DNA of 63,974 bases, counting the filler, from Octopus bimaculoides (lineage: Eukaryota), in the NCBI RefSeq assembly GCF_001194135.2. It is 7 parts of 6 records of this genome, joined end to end, with 100 filler letters (N's around TTAATTAATTAA, not from the genome) between each part and the next. Parts side by side here need not be neighbours in the genome. Positions count along the whole stretch, not along the records: positions 5,396 to 36,216 come from NC_068981.1; positions 36,317 to 46,018 come from NC_068982.1; 5 more parts are not named here. One strand, 5' to 3'. The position numbers were made by a program, and so were the translations under genes. Below, piece after piece: positions 26,206-39,210 of the stretch. How positions within the stretch are numbered: the stretch's first letter is position 1; each line of letters starts with the position of its first letter. Under the pieces are notes generated by a model that was given only the letters and a program-made list of their open reading frames with translations, ran no database searches and was not told where the DNA came from.

Positions 26206-29200
26206 AATATTAATGATAATAACGACAATAAATTTAGGAATAATAATTGCGTTAGGAAGAACATCCAATCTTAATAACGTAATACTATCAAAAATATGTA
26301 GACAAATAATAAAAAGAATGGATAAAAGATTTTATGTGATATTATGCACCATTATCATTTTCAATAGCTTCGAATATCTCACGTAAATTCTTTGCTGCAC
26401 AAGGTAGGTGTTTCCCACCTTGAAGTAAATATTGGAAATTATATAATCGACATAGCGTAAAGTTTTGTATTCAGCCACTGGAAATTTAGTTGAAATCATA
26501 ACCGCACACAATAAACAGAGAATTAGGGAATATCTAAATTCTAAATCTTTAAACAAAAGTGGGACAGATAATGTGTATTACTCTTTTTGAACAAGTTTTT
26601 GATTCTATAAATAATCACGATTCTGATAATACAATTAGGTTATCCTCTAATCTGAATATTAATTGTAATAATAATCTCACCTTAAGAGCTAATTTCCTCA
26701 GGAGTACTAGAGGAAATACTTTTAACTATGACTACCGAATCTAAGTGAATAAATGCCAGTATAATTGTAAAAACAAAATTTTATATCCTTTCGAAAATCA
26801 GTTCTTAAAGAAAAAAATATATTATTGTAAGGCAATTGCTGGAGGTCGTATGTATTCGTTCATCTTCTAAAATTTTGAAATCTAGGTTTCGTAATCATTC
26901 TCATTTATTTATGTTTAGGAAAAAGTGTTTCTACAAATGCATTTAGAGTTTAAAGGATAATAACATTAAGTATGATTTAAAGTGATCCATCATTGGTTAT
27001 GCACCATCGCACAATATTGATAATTCTAAATGTGATATTTGCCTTGAAGAAATCCATTATATAATTACTTCTAAGTTAATATCATTGAATTTTCATGGTA
27101 ATTTTAAAATAAGTTTTCACCATACATTTAGAAAGTCATTAAGGGTAATTCTTAAAAATATGTTTGATATGATGATTAAATAGGCAACTAATTGTTATGA
27201 CGTACACTATGAAAGTTTCTATTAATAATGACGTCAAGCAATTATTAATTTTTTTTTTAGTTATCCAAGACTTCATCAGTAGACTTCATCCTCTTTTAGA
27301 TTATAATTCTGTATCCACTGACGCCGCCGATAGTTGCGTACTAAAATGACTTTTCTTAAATTTGTTTAATTTCATTTTCATAAAACCTTTTCGACATCCA
27401 ATGACGTCACGATTTCTTGAATGAAGGAACGTCTTAGGTTGAATTCTTTTTAGCGTTTATTTTTTTTATTTTTTGGTTTGTTAGCGTTTATCAAATGATA
27501 AAATTTCAGATGTTTGATANNNNNNNNNNNNNNNNNNNNNNNNNNNNNNNNNNNNNNNNNNNNNNNNNNNNNNNNNNNNNNNNNNNNNNNNNNNNNNNNN
27601 NNNNNNNNNNNNNNNNNNNNNNNNNNNNNNNNNNNNNNNNNNNNNNNNNNNNNNNNNNNNNNNNNNNNNNNNNNNNNNNNNNNNNNNNNNNNNNNNNNNN
27701 NNNNNNNNNNNNNNNNNNNNNNNNNNNNNNNNNNNNNNNNNNNNNNNNNNNNNNNNNNNNNNNNNNNNNNNNNNNNNNNNNNNNNNNNNNNNNNNNNNNN
27801 NNNNNNNNNNNNNNNNNNNNNNNNNNNNNNNNNNNNNNNNNNNNNNNNNNNNNNNNNNNNNNNNNNNNNNNNNNNNNNNNNNNNNNNNNNNNNNNNNNNN
27901 NNNNNNNNNNNNNNNNNNNNNNNNNNNNNNNNNNNNNNNNNNNNNNNNNNNNNNNNNNNNNNNNNNNNNNNNNNNNNNNNNNNNNNNNNNNNNNNNNNNN
28001 NNNNNNNNNNNNNNNNNNNNNNNNNNNNNNNNNNNNNNNNNNNNNNNNNNNNNNNNNNNNNNNNNNNNNNNNNNNNNNNNNNTATATATATATATATATA
28101 TATGCATCAGTATACATATAGGTATATATGTCTGTGTATTCTTTTATTCTTTTACTTTTTGCATTTATTTCACTGTGGCAATACTGGAGAACCACCGTAA
28201 GACATTTTGTGTGCAATGCAATAGAAACAATAGTCGTACGTATAAGGTGAGATCTGTAATAAAACTATAACTCTCTCTATGCGTATGTTGTGATATATAT
28301 ATGTGTGTGTGTGTGTGCTTGTGTGTGTGCGTATGCAGGTGTGTGTGTGTTTTGTGTTCGTAAATTTACATTCATATACGTATGGATATATGCAGGCATA
28401 TATAGAACTTGCTTCCCCGTGATCACTTCCAAACTTAATCCATTTTTGCTTCATTATTATAAATTTTGACGTGATTTTAGACATTAAGCTCCAGTCGAAA
28501 TGGCGCCATTTCAGAGCGATTAACTACATTAAATTATCCTTTATACAATGAAAGCAAAGTGATAATTTAAAGGCAATACCAAACGTTACACATTTATGCG
28601 CACTTTTTTCCTTATATCTTTGTACTAAACTGTCTTGAAGAAGGTTACGGAACGCATAGTATTTTCATTCACCCTTTTGTCGAATTAAACAAAATCGAAG
28701 AAAATATATTACTTCGTAATAATTACATCTGTGGTTTTCCCCTTCGTTTCTATTACATCTTCGAAAGATCTTTCCTTCGACGAATTTTCTATTTTAGTAT
28801 CTCGAAATGTTGCTGAGCACATTTGAATGTGATCAAAATTTGAATCAGCAAACGATTGAAGGAATAGTAAAAAAAAAAATAAATAAATTAAAAAAAAAAA
28901 CTGAATTGAAAGATGAACGGAAAAGTCGGCTGCGCAGCAGTTTTCAGTTCTCAATGTCTGCTTATAGAAAGCTCTAATGAAACTGTGTCAACAATGGTAT
29001 TGATTTATCATATACTTTCGCATTATTATATCGAAAACTATCCCAAAGAATTGCGAAGCAATTTTTAAACTCATCACCTTAAAATATATATGAAAGGTAC
29101 TTAGAAGTGATTTGAGCATATGTGTACGAGGTCTTGATGCAATATTGTTTTCTTCTTTATCGCGTTAAAATGTTCGACTCTTTGATAGACATTGTAATAT

Positions 29201-29568
29201 ATATGTTAACTTTGTGAGGCCGTGTCTCCGATATAGCTGGAATAGCTTAAAGGCTATATCTGCCTGATTCCTGCTAAATCAATAATGAAGAAATCATGAA
29301 AAAAAGTGATTATACTATAATTAGACAACTGATTAGGCTGCAGATTTTTGTTAACTGAGTTCATGACTCAATGTATTGTGTGAAAACTAAAACTGTTTTT
29401 ACTTCCGGCTTTAATCGAAAAAACTAAATATTTTGTGATGAAATGAGATTAAGGTGAACAAATGATCAAATCCTGCAGATAATAAAAGGAAAGACGTTGT
29501 TTTTAGACCAGCTATATGAGTTCATTTTCTGAATATGTACATATGTTTCCTTATACAACACACAAACA

Positions 29569-29603
<35 letters not shown>

Positions 29604-29751
29604 ACGCATATGTATGAAAGGATGTATGTAAATGTATATTTACACATACATACAAACATATATACATATATCCGCACACATATATATGCATATATGTATA
29701 TATGTACGTATGTCTGTATTATTCCCCTTTGTTGAAAAAATATTTCATATT

Positions 29752-29952
29752 TGTTGCAGGAAATTAGAAATAATGATACATCCATCACCCGTAACGAGTG
29801 ATTAACCTAATCACAATAAGTAAAGAGAAGTTCATGAAGTACCAGAGTACGTAGTAGGTTACCAGAGATTGTCATGTCTTTAGCAGTTTTACTAAATATA
29901 CTGTATATCGAAGCGGGCATTATAACAATCCAACATTTTAATCATTATAACA
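29752..29952 (+). repeat. 5' LTR of the Gypsy element
   Basis: Starts TGTTGCAGG and ends ..TTATAACA. Followed by PBS-like attgtgacgatga. Aligns by eye to 32478-32640. The exact 3' boundary is uncertain. Confidence 0.7.
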
Positions 29953-30219
29953 ATTGTGACGATGATTTTAACAACTGATGAGGAGTTAACAAACTCACAA
30001 AACTTTTGTTGTGTGAATTGTACGAAAAAGAAATTGTAAAAATATGGGAAATTTGTTGGTCGGTCTGCTCGAGTTGCAAAAACAGGAACAATAACAAAGG
30101 AAATTACTACAACGGCAAGAACAAGAATTGAAGCAACAACACTAACAAGAACTGATAGAACAACAACAGTAGCAGATGCATCAGGAAGAACAACAACCCG
30201 AAGCAACAGCAAAATAGAA

Positions 30220-31050
30220 ATGATATTACAGCAACAAATGTTGCAATTACTGAAATCGTCAGGAAAATCAGAAGAAGTGTTCCTGAAAGATTATGTCGTG
30301 AACTCCATAACAGAGTTCAAATACGAACCTGACTTAAATTGGAAGCAATATACAGAAGATTATGAGCAAATCTTCGAGAAAGAATTTAAAGATTGGGACA
30401 AGAAATTGAAAACGCGCTTAATCGTGAGAAAACTGCCTGCAACAGAACATGAATGATACAACAATTATGTGCTCCCAAGAAAAGCTTCATAAACATTAAT
30501 GACACAATAGATATATTGTGTAAAATTTTCAGTGGAAAAAGTTCATTGTTCAACAGAGTTTGGAAGTGTTTGAATATAGAGCAACAAAAAAAAAAAAGAC
30601 TAAGGCTACATTACATATGCTGGCAGAGTTAACAGGGAATGCGAGAAGTTCAAGCTGAACGAATTAACGCCTTATACGTTCAAATGCCTGATTTTTACAC
30701 AGTGGATAACTACCGAAAAGGAGGCATAAGTTAGAACTAGAATTCTCGCAAAAGCTGGAGAAAACCAGGATGTAACCCTCTACAAAGTATCAGAAGAATG
30801 TGAAAAGATAGTCAAATTAACACACGACACAGAGCAAATCCAACGGAAAGATTCTTTTTCCAAGTACATGTGCGGAAAAGTCAGAATAAAGATTTTTTTT
30901 TTCTTTCTAAAAACACGACAAACACGACAAACACGACATGGAAATAAACCCTTCCTTTGTATGTGGAGATATACACATGGAGAAAAATTGTTCATCTAAG
31001 AAAGTGGAGTGATTTTGTTGCAGAAATATAGGAGCTGTAAATAAGCACTG
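30220..31050 (+). pseudogene. Gypsy gag remnant with zinc knuckle
   Basis: ORF 30220-30456 (..VVNSITEFKYEPD..FEKEFKDWDKKLKTRLIVRKL). Broken frames continue: YAGRVNRECEKFKLNEL..FKCLIF, then VCGDIHMEKNCSSKKVE*FCC..HC. Several stops and frameshifts. Confidence 0.75.
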
Positions 31051-31129
31051 TAGAACGAAGATGACAAAATGTCAGAACAAAGGAAAAAGATTAAATAGCA
31101 TGTCATCGGTAGAAACACTGAGTAAAACC

Positions 31130-31400
31130 ATGAAGGTGAAAATCAGAAATACAAGTGTTAAACTGCAACTAGACACTGGTAGTAACATTGCCATTATAAA
31201 CGAAAGAACGTAGAAATATATCGGTAAGCCGGAATTAATTAAATGAAAAAAAAAAAAAGGTAGCCCATTGTGTTAAGGGAAAAAAGATTATATTTTTTCG
31301 GGGAATTTGTATGTAATGTAAACTTTCGAGTCGAACGAAAAAGGGCAAATATATATTTATTAAAATGTTCGCTTAATTTATTCGGCACATTCAAAGTATG
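31130..31400 (+). pseudogene. Gypsy aspartic protease remnant
   Basis: VKLQLDTGSNIAIINERT*KYIGKP (D-T-G active-site motif), then FFGEFVCNVNF..IYLLKCSLNLFG. Confidence 0.8.
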
Positions 31401-31589
31401 TCACACGCCCGTAAGTGTTTTGCGTAGAAATAGAGTTGATTCAGTCGAAGATGCAAATGCGGCTGACGGATTGAAACAAAAAATTGCAGTAAAACAGAGT
31501 GGAACACATCTGTGTAAGTCTAAATGATATGAAAAATAGATTACAATAAAAAGTGAAGATTTATCCAAAAGTAGTTGCTACGCGATCGA

Positions 31590-32390
31590 GAATACACATC
31601 GATATTACTGGGCCTTTAAATGGTTCTTACCGTAGTTGATATCATTTAGAAATGGCCTGCGATTTATAAGCGTACAATGCAACCTCTTCAACTGTAATAA
31701 ATGTCTGACATGAATTGTTTGCAGACAATGGAACGTAAATTGTGTCTAGTAATTTTTTTAGAAATATGTGAACCGTTCGCAGTAGAACACATAACTACGG
31801 CTACATACCATCCCAGATCTAATGGACAAGCAGAATGCTTTGTCAATACCTTCACAAGAACCCTTTGAAATTTGAATGAGTAAGTTTCGGATGAGATGGC
31901 TCAATAACAATGTCCTAGAGTGTACCGTCTGACTGACACCAAATCCGAATACACCAGCACGTAGTTCAGCATCGGAGCATCGGAGTAAAATCTATCTTTG
32001 ATAAATTGCTACCTGACAAGAAAAGGAAAAATGCCAGGTAATGGATAGCAAGATTCTCTGCGAAAAGACATAGCAAGCTGGTGAAAAGTTATATACGAGG
32101 ACATAGAAAAATGGAAAGCAGATTTGGGAAGATGAACTAATTACCAAATGCATAGAAAAAATGATGTATTGGGTAAATGTAGAAAAGGCATACAAAAGAG
32201 ACACAGGAGCCAACTGATTGGTGGAAAGCAGACCAAAGATGCTAGAGGAACCAATACAATGGTTGTACGATACGTTCCAAGTACCTACGCCATTACAGTT
32301 GATTGAACCCAGTCGAGCAAGTGAGAGGAAAAGAAAACATACAGATATCCTGAAAATAGATGCCGAGTGCAAAAATTATTACATTAGACG
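31590..32390 (+). pseudogene. Gypsy integrase remnant
   Basis: HIDITGPLNGSY, a DNGT-like segment, VEHITTATYHPRSNGQAECFVNTF and VYR..TPNPNTP; C-terminal EEPIQWLYDTFQVPTP..RASERKRK. Confidence 0.8.
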
Positions 32391-32477
32391 AAAGAATAAA
32401 CTCAAAATGGGAGGTGGGGTGAATAAAATAATTATTGCTAAATGCAATGACACTTCTTAAGAAATTTAAGAGGGGAG

Positions 32478-32640
32478 TTATAGGAATTTGTTATAGCGTT
32501 ACACCCCTCTCACGTGACGAATAGGATAACTTAGTCGCTATAAGTAAAGAGTACGTAGGATCAGAGATAGTCTTGTCTTTGTTGGTTTTACTAAGTATCC
32601 TGTATATAGAAGTCGGTGTTATAACAATCCAACATTTTAA
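32478..32640 (+). repeat. 3' LTR of the Gypsy element (3' end apparently truncated)
   Basis: Directly follows the PPT. Similarity to the 5' LTR stops after aacattttaa. Confidence 0.75.
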
Positions 32641-33782
32641 GGATGGCAAGAGCATCTTTATTTATTTTCCACCCAATTCAAAAGATTAACGCAAAATTTT
32701 ATAAAATTGACATGCAATAATGTAATTAAGATAACCTATATCTTAGAGATAACACAATTTCGCACAGTTCACGAACCACTCATACAGGTAATTATCGTCT
32801 ATATATCTGTAAGCTTTATTCTCATAACAATAAAACTCGAGTGATTTTGAATTGTAATATTTAAGAACAACTAACTGAACAAAATTTAACGATATGTACA
32901 CTGATAGACTGGATGATATTGATCTAATATTCGATGTCTAGCCCTTGCAGTCAAACATGTAATTTAAAAGCTAACGCTGAATGGCTGAGGTAACTTCAAA
33001 GTTGGGATTGCTAAATATTTTGAAACAAAAACTGCAGTGCATTTCATAAGAAGCTGGTAAAATAGATTCTCTTTATGAATGTATAAAACGTATTTAATGT
33101 TCATTCCTGTAACTGCATTCAATTTATGAGTAATTCAAAGAAAATAGAAGATATATCATTCTACAAAATCTGTGCATTCACCTGTCAATGTTATCGATAA
33201 GCATATGCATTGACATTACAAATCTATGTGATCAAACGAAATAATTCATGAAAATGTAGTCAACAAAGTATGTAGGAAATAATGACATTTAAAATGATGT
33301 CATCAGATATAATGGAATGCTGATATTGGTATCGAAAATATACTTTCAGTTGCGGTTATATATCTCTCTACGGGTCTTGTCATTAGGAAATAATGTAAAC
33401 CAAAATAGTATGAAATGTAACATGTTTTGTTTTATACAGACATAAACAGAGAGAAAAAAAAAGTATACAGAAGCAACTGGGCGTATGTTTTCGCACGTAG
33501 ACATACGTACACACTTCAGCAAACATGAACAATACTCATAACCCAATAAATACACATTCATACAACAATGCACACGAAGCTCAGTACTATTCATATGAAG
33601 AAAATTATTGAAATATGAGAATAAAACTCAAATATACCACATTACATTAGATTGTCTCGAACCAAATCCATTAAACATGATATTTCTAGATACATTCCAT
33701 GATATCACTTATTTCCTCTATTTTAGCAATAATGGACTATATGTGTGCGTGTGTCTGCACGCCTGTATATAAATATACATAC

Positions 33783-33860
<78 letters not shown>

Positions 33861-36132
33861 GTGTATGTTCGTATGAAAGTATATGTGTGTGTATATATGT
33901 GTAAGGAAAGAGAGAGGGAAAGAGAAATATTTATGTGTATCTATGTTCACCTGTCCTCTGTGAATTTGTGTGTACATCGTTTTTTATTCGTGTTTATCAG
34001 CAGTGAAATACAATATCACACGCAACGGTCAAGTTGGTAAAGTATGTCTATTGCTTTATATTGATATCAACATATCAAACATTGTTCAAGAATAACACTA
34101 CATTAATATAACTTAAAATAGGTTCATGGCAACATAAATAATTGGCAAACTTAATTATGTGTCTTTAGAACGATGTTGCCAACCAATTTGAAATGTAGTA
34201 TATATATACAAAATCTACGATGTAATTGTAATAGCTTTGAAAGTCCCTTGACAATAACACCAAGTGATAGTTTACAAGACAAATCTCAACTGTCATAGCT
34301 TTGTGCTACTCTAAAAGAAAATATTCCACCTCTCTCGAATTAAATTACTATCTGCCGTTCATTCTTTAGTAAAATTCAGACCAAATTTATTTTCCATTAA
34401 GATTAGATGGAGCAAAGTAGAACGCAATAGCAAAGAACACACTATGAACTAAGAACATTTATCTTTCGCCAAAGTGGATTATCATAATAGAAATTCTTAA
34501 CTTGGTATTCTCTTACTTACAGGATAATAGCTGTTAATAGCTTTTCAAAATAGGCAATATTGGTCTATTCAATAATACAGTAATTCTGTTAGCTGCAATA
34601 ATAATCTACATTCGCCATCAGTGAACGCCTCAACGAGCTGTTGTAATCAGCATAAGTACATTATTACTGGTGTTCTGTAGATGAACGATTATTATAACAC
34701 TTGATTGAATTCGCTTCTGTGTAGACGACTTTCAAACGAAAAACAAAGGGAATCTTTACATATATATATATATATATATANNNNNNNNNNNNNNNNNNNN
34801 NNNNNNNNNNNNNNNNNNNNNNNNNNNNNNNNNNNNNNNNNNNNNNNNNNNNNNNNNNNNNNNNNNNNNNNNNNNNNNNNNNNNNNNNNNNNNNNNNNNN
34901 NNNNNNNNNNNNNNNNNNNNNNNNNNNNNNNNNNNNNNNNNNNNNNNNNNNNNNNNNNNNNNNNNNNNNNNNNNNNNNNNNNNNNNNNNNNNNNNNNNNN
35001 NNNNNNNNNNNNNNNNNNNNNNNNNNNNNNNNNNNNNNNNNNNNNNNNNNNNNNNNNNNNNNNNNNNNNNNNNNNNNNNNNNNNNNNNNNNNNNNNNNNN
35101 NNNNNNNNNNNNNNNNNNNNNNNNNNNNNNNNNNNNNNNNNNNNNNNNNNNNNNNNNNNNNNNNNNNNNNNNNNNNNNNNNNNNNNNNNNNNNNNNNNNN
35201 NNNNNNNNNNNNNNNNNNNNNNNNNNNNNNNNNNNNNNNNNNNNNNNNNNNNNNNNATATATATATATATTTATATATATATATATATATATGCCTGCAT
35301 GGTACGTAACTATACTATATGTATCTTCGCACTCGCAATGAGTTTCGAATATTGTGCAAATTCTGTTATATTGATATTGTTACTACCGCTGAAGTATCCG
35401 CGCATGATATACATTCACATATGACCTCTCAAATATTGCGCCTTCAAATTTTGAAAGAATTGGATTTACAGCATCATACTCAAGGAAAGAGATTCTATAT
35501 ACCGGAGATCATTTTTCTCATGTTATTTCAGTAACCGAAATGTCTGGTTCAATGGATGACTCAGTACCACAAGGACATTGAAGTATTTTAAGACACTCAT
35601 CAGAGTGAATGCAAAACTCATTACTGCCTAAGTTATAGTGTGGGTTTTGGCTGCTGAGTGCGTTAGCCAATTTCGCCGACCTCTTAACTGCAATATATGA
35701 TTGACTACAACAAACTCATGTACTGAAATTACCAGCACTGAGATATCCGCACTCGCTGCACAACACACACATAATAGGTTTAATTAATTCACCGCAATTA
35801 GTTTCATTTACTACTAAACGCAGAATTGTCTATCAACCATACTTATGTTCCTATAGTTTATTCACTGTCAGTAACATTGTTGATAAATATATATATATAT
35901 ATATATATATACAACTACCGACAGTTTTATTGATGGCGGAATATAGAGTAGCAAAGGCATGTAAAAACATTTGGTTAAATGTCAGCAATCGAGTAAATAT
36001 ACGTATACTTACTGAATGAAAGCACACGAAGAATGTGATACGAATAAAACGGCTTGGTTTTAAAATGTACTCCACATAACGTACACACACATGTACAGAG
36101 ATAAATTTATATATAAACTGTATATATATATA

Positions 36133-36163
<31 letters not shown>

Positions 36164-36177
36164 CTATATGTATATAA

Positions 36178-36216
<39 letters not shown>

Positions 36217-36894
36217 NNNNNNNNNNNNNNNNNNNNNNNNNNNNNNNNNNNNNNNNNNNNTTAATTAATTAANNNNNNNNNNNNNNNNNNNNNNNNNNNN
36301 NNNNNNNNNNNNNNNNATGTAATAACATGAAATTAGTTACCCGATAGTAAAAATTCAAATAAAGTAGTCCCGAAAAGGGCGTTATGCGTTCCCAGAGTCT
36401 ATAGAACTTAGGAGGAAATACTGATAAGGTATGTATATTAAAATCGTGAAACATGTTACGTAATAACAGGCTAATCAGATATGAGATAATAACAATTCAA
36501 AGTAAATAACTCTTAAAGGGCTTTTGTGCGTTCCCAGAGAATATTACCCTCAGTGGCGCTAGTGTTGGTATATTCGTGAATAAGACACAAACCGAAATAA
36601 GTGGATCTATTGTTTAGGAAAATACTATTTACTTGTTTAAGGGATCTACTCGATAAATTGCGAAAATAGCTCTAACAGTACAAATAGTAAGAAATAAACA
36701 CAGTCAATTTGTTTTATACCAAATGATTTAGGAAAATGAATAGGTTATTTCCTTTGGCTGTTCCAATCTGTCTGAATGGGTTATTCCCCTTGGCTGTTAA
36801 AATGAAATATATTAGATATATATAAGGATCTCTTCCAGGAGCCCTATTATCGATTTTTTTCAACAACCTGAGTATGCCAAACAATCTGAGTATG

Positions 36895-37015
36895 CCATGA
36901 GGTTCCCAGATATGAGTTCTACTCACGTGTCAAGTTTCATCAAAATCGACAATACGATATAGGAGGAGTTAACTAACAACTCCACAAACACACCCACAGA
37001 CAGAAATTCCCACAT
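36895..37015 (+). mobile_element. Possible non-autonomous Helitron/Helentron-like (Lep1/DINE-type) 3' region
   Basis: gtgtcaagtttcatcaaaatcg..ataggaggagtt..acagacagaaattccc resembles the recurrent 3' block of such elements. Short tandem duplications lie upstream (36750-36805, 36862-36898). Confidence 0.45.
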
Positions 37016-37529
37016 ATGTTGCATACATATATATATATATATANNNNNNNNNNNNNNNNNNNNNNNNNNNNNNNNNNNNNNNNNNNNNNNNNNNNNNNNN
37101 NNNNNNNNNNNNNNNNNNNNNNNNNNNNNNNNNNNNNNNNNNNNNNNNNNNNNNNNNNNNNNNNNNNNNNNNNNNNNNNNNNNNNNNNNNNNNNNNNNNN
37201 NNNNNNNNNNNNNNNNNNNNNNNNNNNNNNNNNNNNNNNNNNNNNNNNNNNNNNNNNNNNNNNNNNNNNNNNNNNNNNNNNNNNNNNNNNNNNNNNNNNN
37301 NNNNNNNNNNNNNNNNNNNNNNNNNNNNNNNNNNNNNNNNNNNNNNNNNNNNNNNNNNNNNNNNNNNNNNNNNNNNNNNNNNNNNNNNNNNNNNNNNNNN
37401 NNNNNNNNNNNNNNNNNNNNNNNNNNNNNNNNNNNNNNNNNNNNNNNNNNNNNNNNNNNNNNNNNNNNNNNNNNNNNNNNNNNNNNNNNNNNNNNNGTGT
37501 GTGTGTGTGTGTGTGTGTGTGTGCCACTC

Positions 37530-38400
37530 TAATTTTGTCGAACTATTTGAAAGAGGATTGTTCAGCAGAAACAGTAGACCAAATGATTTATTGTAACAGA
37601 ATATTTTCTAGGTGGCTCATGTTTCAAGTCAATGGAATGAAAATGAAGATCTATAACCTGGATATAAGAGATGTAGATTTCTCATTAATTCTCCATAGAA
37701 ATTCTCTTTTGCCCAAACTTTTGTCGAGACATTCACATCCAACCGGCAGTTGATCGCGTACGGCATTGCATGACTTTTACACTCTGTACCAACGGCAAAT
37801 CTGACATTATTGGAATTTTCCACCAGTTGTCTATATTTTGAAAGATGTTAGTACTTCTTGGTTCTGGTGTACTTTAGATATGTCTGTCAGGACAACCCTT
37901 TCTCTGTATATCACTGTGGGCAGTCTTAGCAACAATGCCATATCTCATGATCTGGTACTATCGTATCAAGCACTGAGTTTTGGACAGTTGTTGATGATAT
38001 GGGTGATAATTAATATGCTTCAGTCGATAATTTCTGTCAAAGCTTGGATGCTTAGAAGCATTCTTTTCTCTTTTGTTGATCAGATATTTAGTCATTATCT
38101 TCTGTTCTTGGATAGCAAAGGTATAGACATATAGGTTATATATCGGTGCAGGAAAGTCTACTGTTCCAGTTAATGGTGTTACAATTCTTTAGATAGCGAG
38201 TTATGTACCCATACGTGACTTTCTGTTGCAATGATAAGCATTTCTCTTGCAAGTCTCCTTTTACGTAGGCCATTCTAGGAATCATTGTTTCATTCCAATG
38301 GAACAGCTGTACATTTAGAGTACCTGAAATGACGAAAGGAAGCGCCAACATGACTTTTTGCGACACAAATCAACACACCATTTTTCAATCACTTCAGTCC
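37530..38400 (-). mobile_element. Second, distinct RLE non-LTR retrotransposon relic (clade uncertain: NeSL/CRE/R4-like)
   Basis: Minus-strand frames: KVTYGYITRYL, YTFAIQEQKIMTKYLINKRE, YGIVAKT, DNWWKIPI, INCRLDVNVSTKVWAKENFYGELMRNLHLLYPGYR, FIP. These match the C-terminal knuckle/RLE region of site-specific LINEs. Confidence 0.7.
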
Positions 38401-38739
38401 GTGCTGGAGCCGAAACACCAAGGAAACGTTGATTAACTAGTGTATTCATTGTCGCCATCATTCTGATCCAGATATTAGTATAACTATAAACACGCCATCA
38501 TAAATTTAGTGCCGGACAGATGTTATACGTAGGTATGTATTACAATTAATTTTGGGTGCTCCACTTGTTCTGTTGTGCTTGGCTTCTATTTCGAAACACA
38601 TCACACTGTGCTAATATTGGCTTCAAAAGATCTCACTTTCTTCATTGATGATTGTATAGTATATGAAGTCTTGAGATATTAAATATAGAATTTTATAAGG
38701 TATACACATTATAGTGTCTCAACAGTACCATTGCTGTAT

Positions 38740-38983
38740 GGAGGGTGGCTCGTCAAAGAATACACCCAACATTTCCTCCGCGCGTCGTAAAACGCAACTA
38801 AAAGAGATTGAGGTAGGATTTGCACTCCGACCTCGTAAGACCCTCGCTAGCAACGACTACCTAAAACAAGCCCATGGTTTGGAGAGTTGTCGCTTGGGTG
38901 GGGCAAAGGTGTCATCCGCCATTTGTAGAGAATCACCAACAAATGGTGGATGCAGCGACGCGCTGTTACAGCACATGCTCCAT
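38740..38983 (+). mobile_element. Unclassified interspersed repeat ending in an (ACT)n tail, copy 1
   Basis: About 240 bp aligns to the reverse complement of 11666-11895. Both copies abut an ACT/AGT array at the same end. Confidence 0.75.
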
Positions 38984-39057
38984 ACTACTACTACTACTAC
39001 TACTACCACAACCACCACCACCACCACCACCACTAATACCACTACTACCACCACTAT

Positions 39058-39091
<34 letters not shown>

Positions 39092-39115
39092 GCTAATACT
39101 ACCACCACCACCACC

Positions 39116-39180
<65 letters not shown>

Positions 39181-39210
39181 GACTACTACTGCTACTACTG
39201 CTACTACTAT
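38984..39210. repeat. Compound (ACT)n/(ACC)n microsatellite (tail of the 38740-38983 repeat)
   Basis: Direct reading. Confidence 0.95.

Larger units (their letters stand above)
29752..32640 (+). mobile_element. Ty3/Gypsy LTR retrotransposon, decayed and internally deleted (gag, protease and integrase remnants; no RT/RNase H seen)
   Basis: Two diverged direct repeats (29752-29952, 32478-32640) share e.g. ttttactaa.tat.ctgtatat.gaag.....ttataacaatccaacatttta. A polypurine tract aagaggggag (32468-32477) precedes the second. Between them: gag-like SITEFKYEPD..KTRLIVRKL, a zinc-knuckle remnant, protease LQLDTGS, integrase HIDITGPLNGS and YHPRSNGQAECFV. Confidence 0.9.

Noticed and set aside
29975-30020. 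CTGATGA-G-GAGTT/AACTC hairpin in the Gypsy leader
   Set aside because: Followed by ACAAAAC rather than GAAA, with no stem I or III; probably chance.
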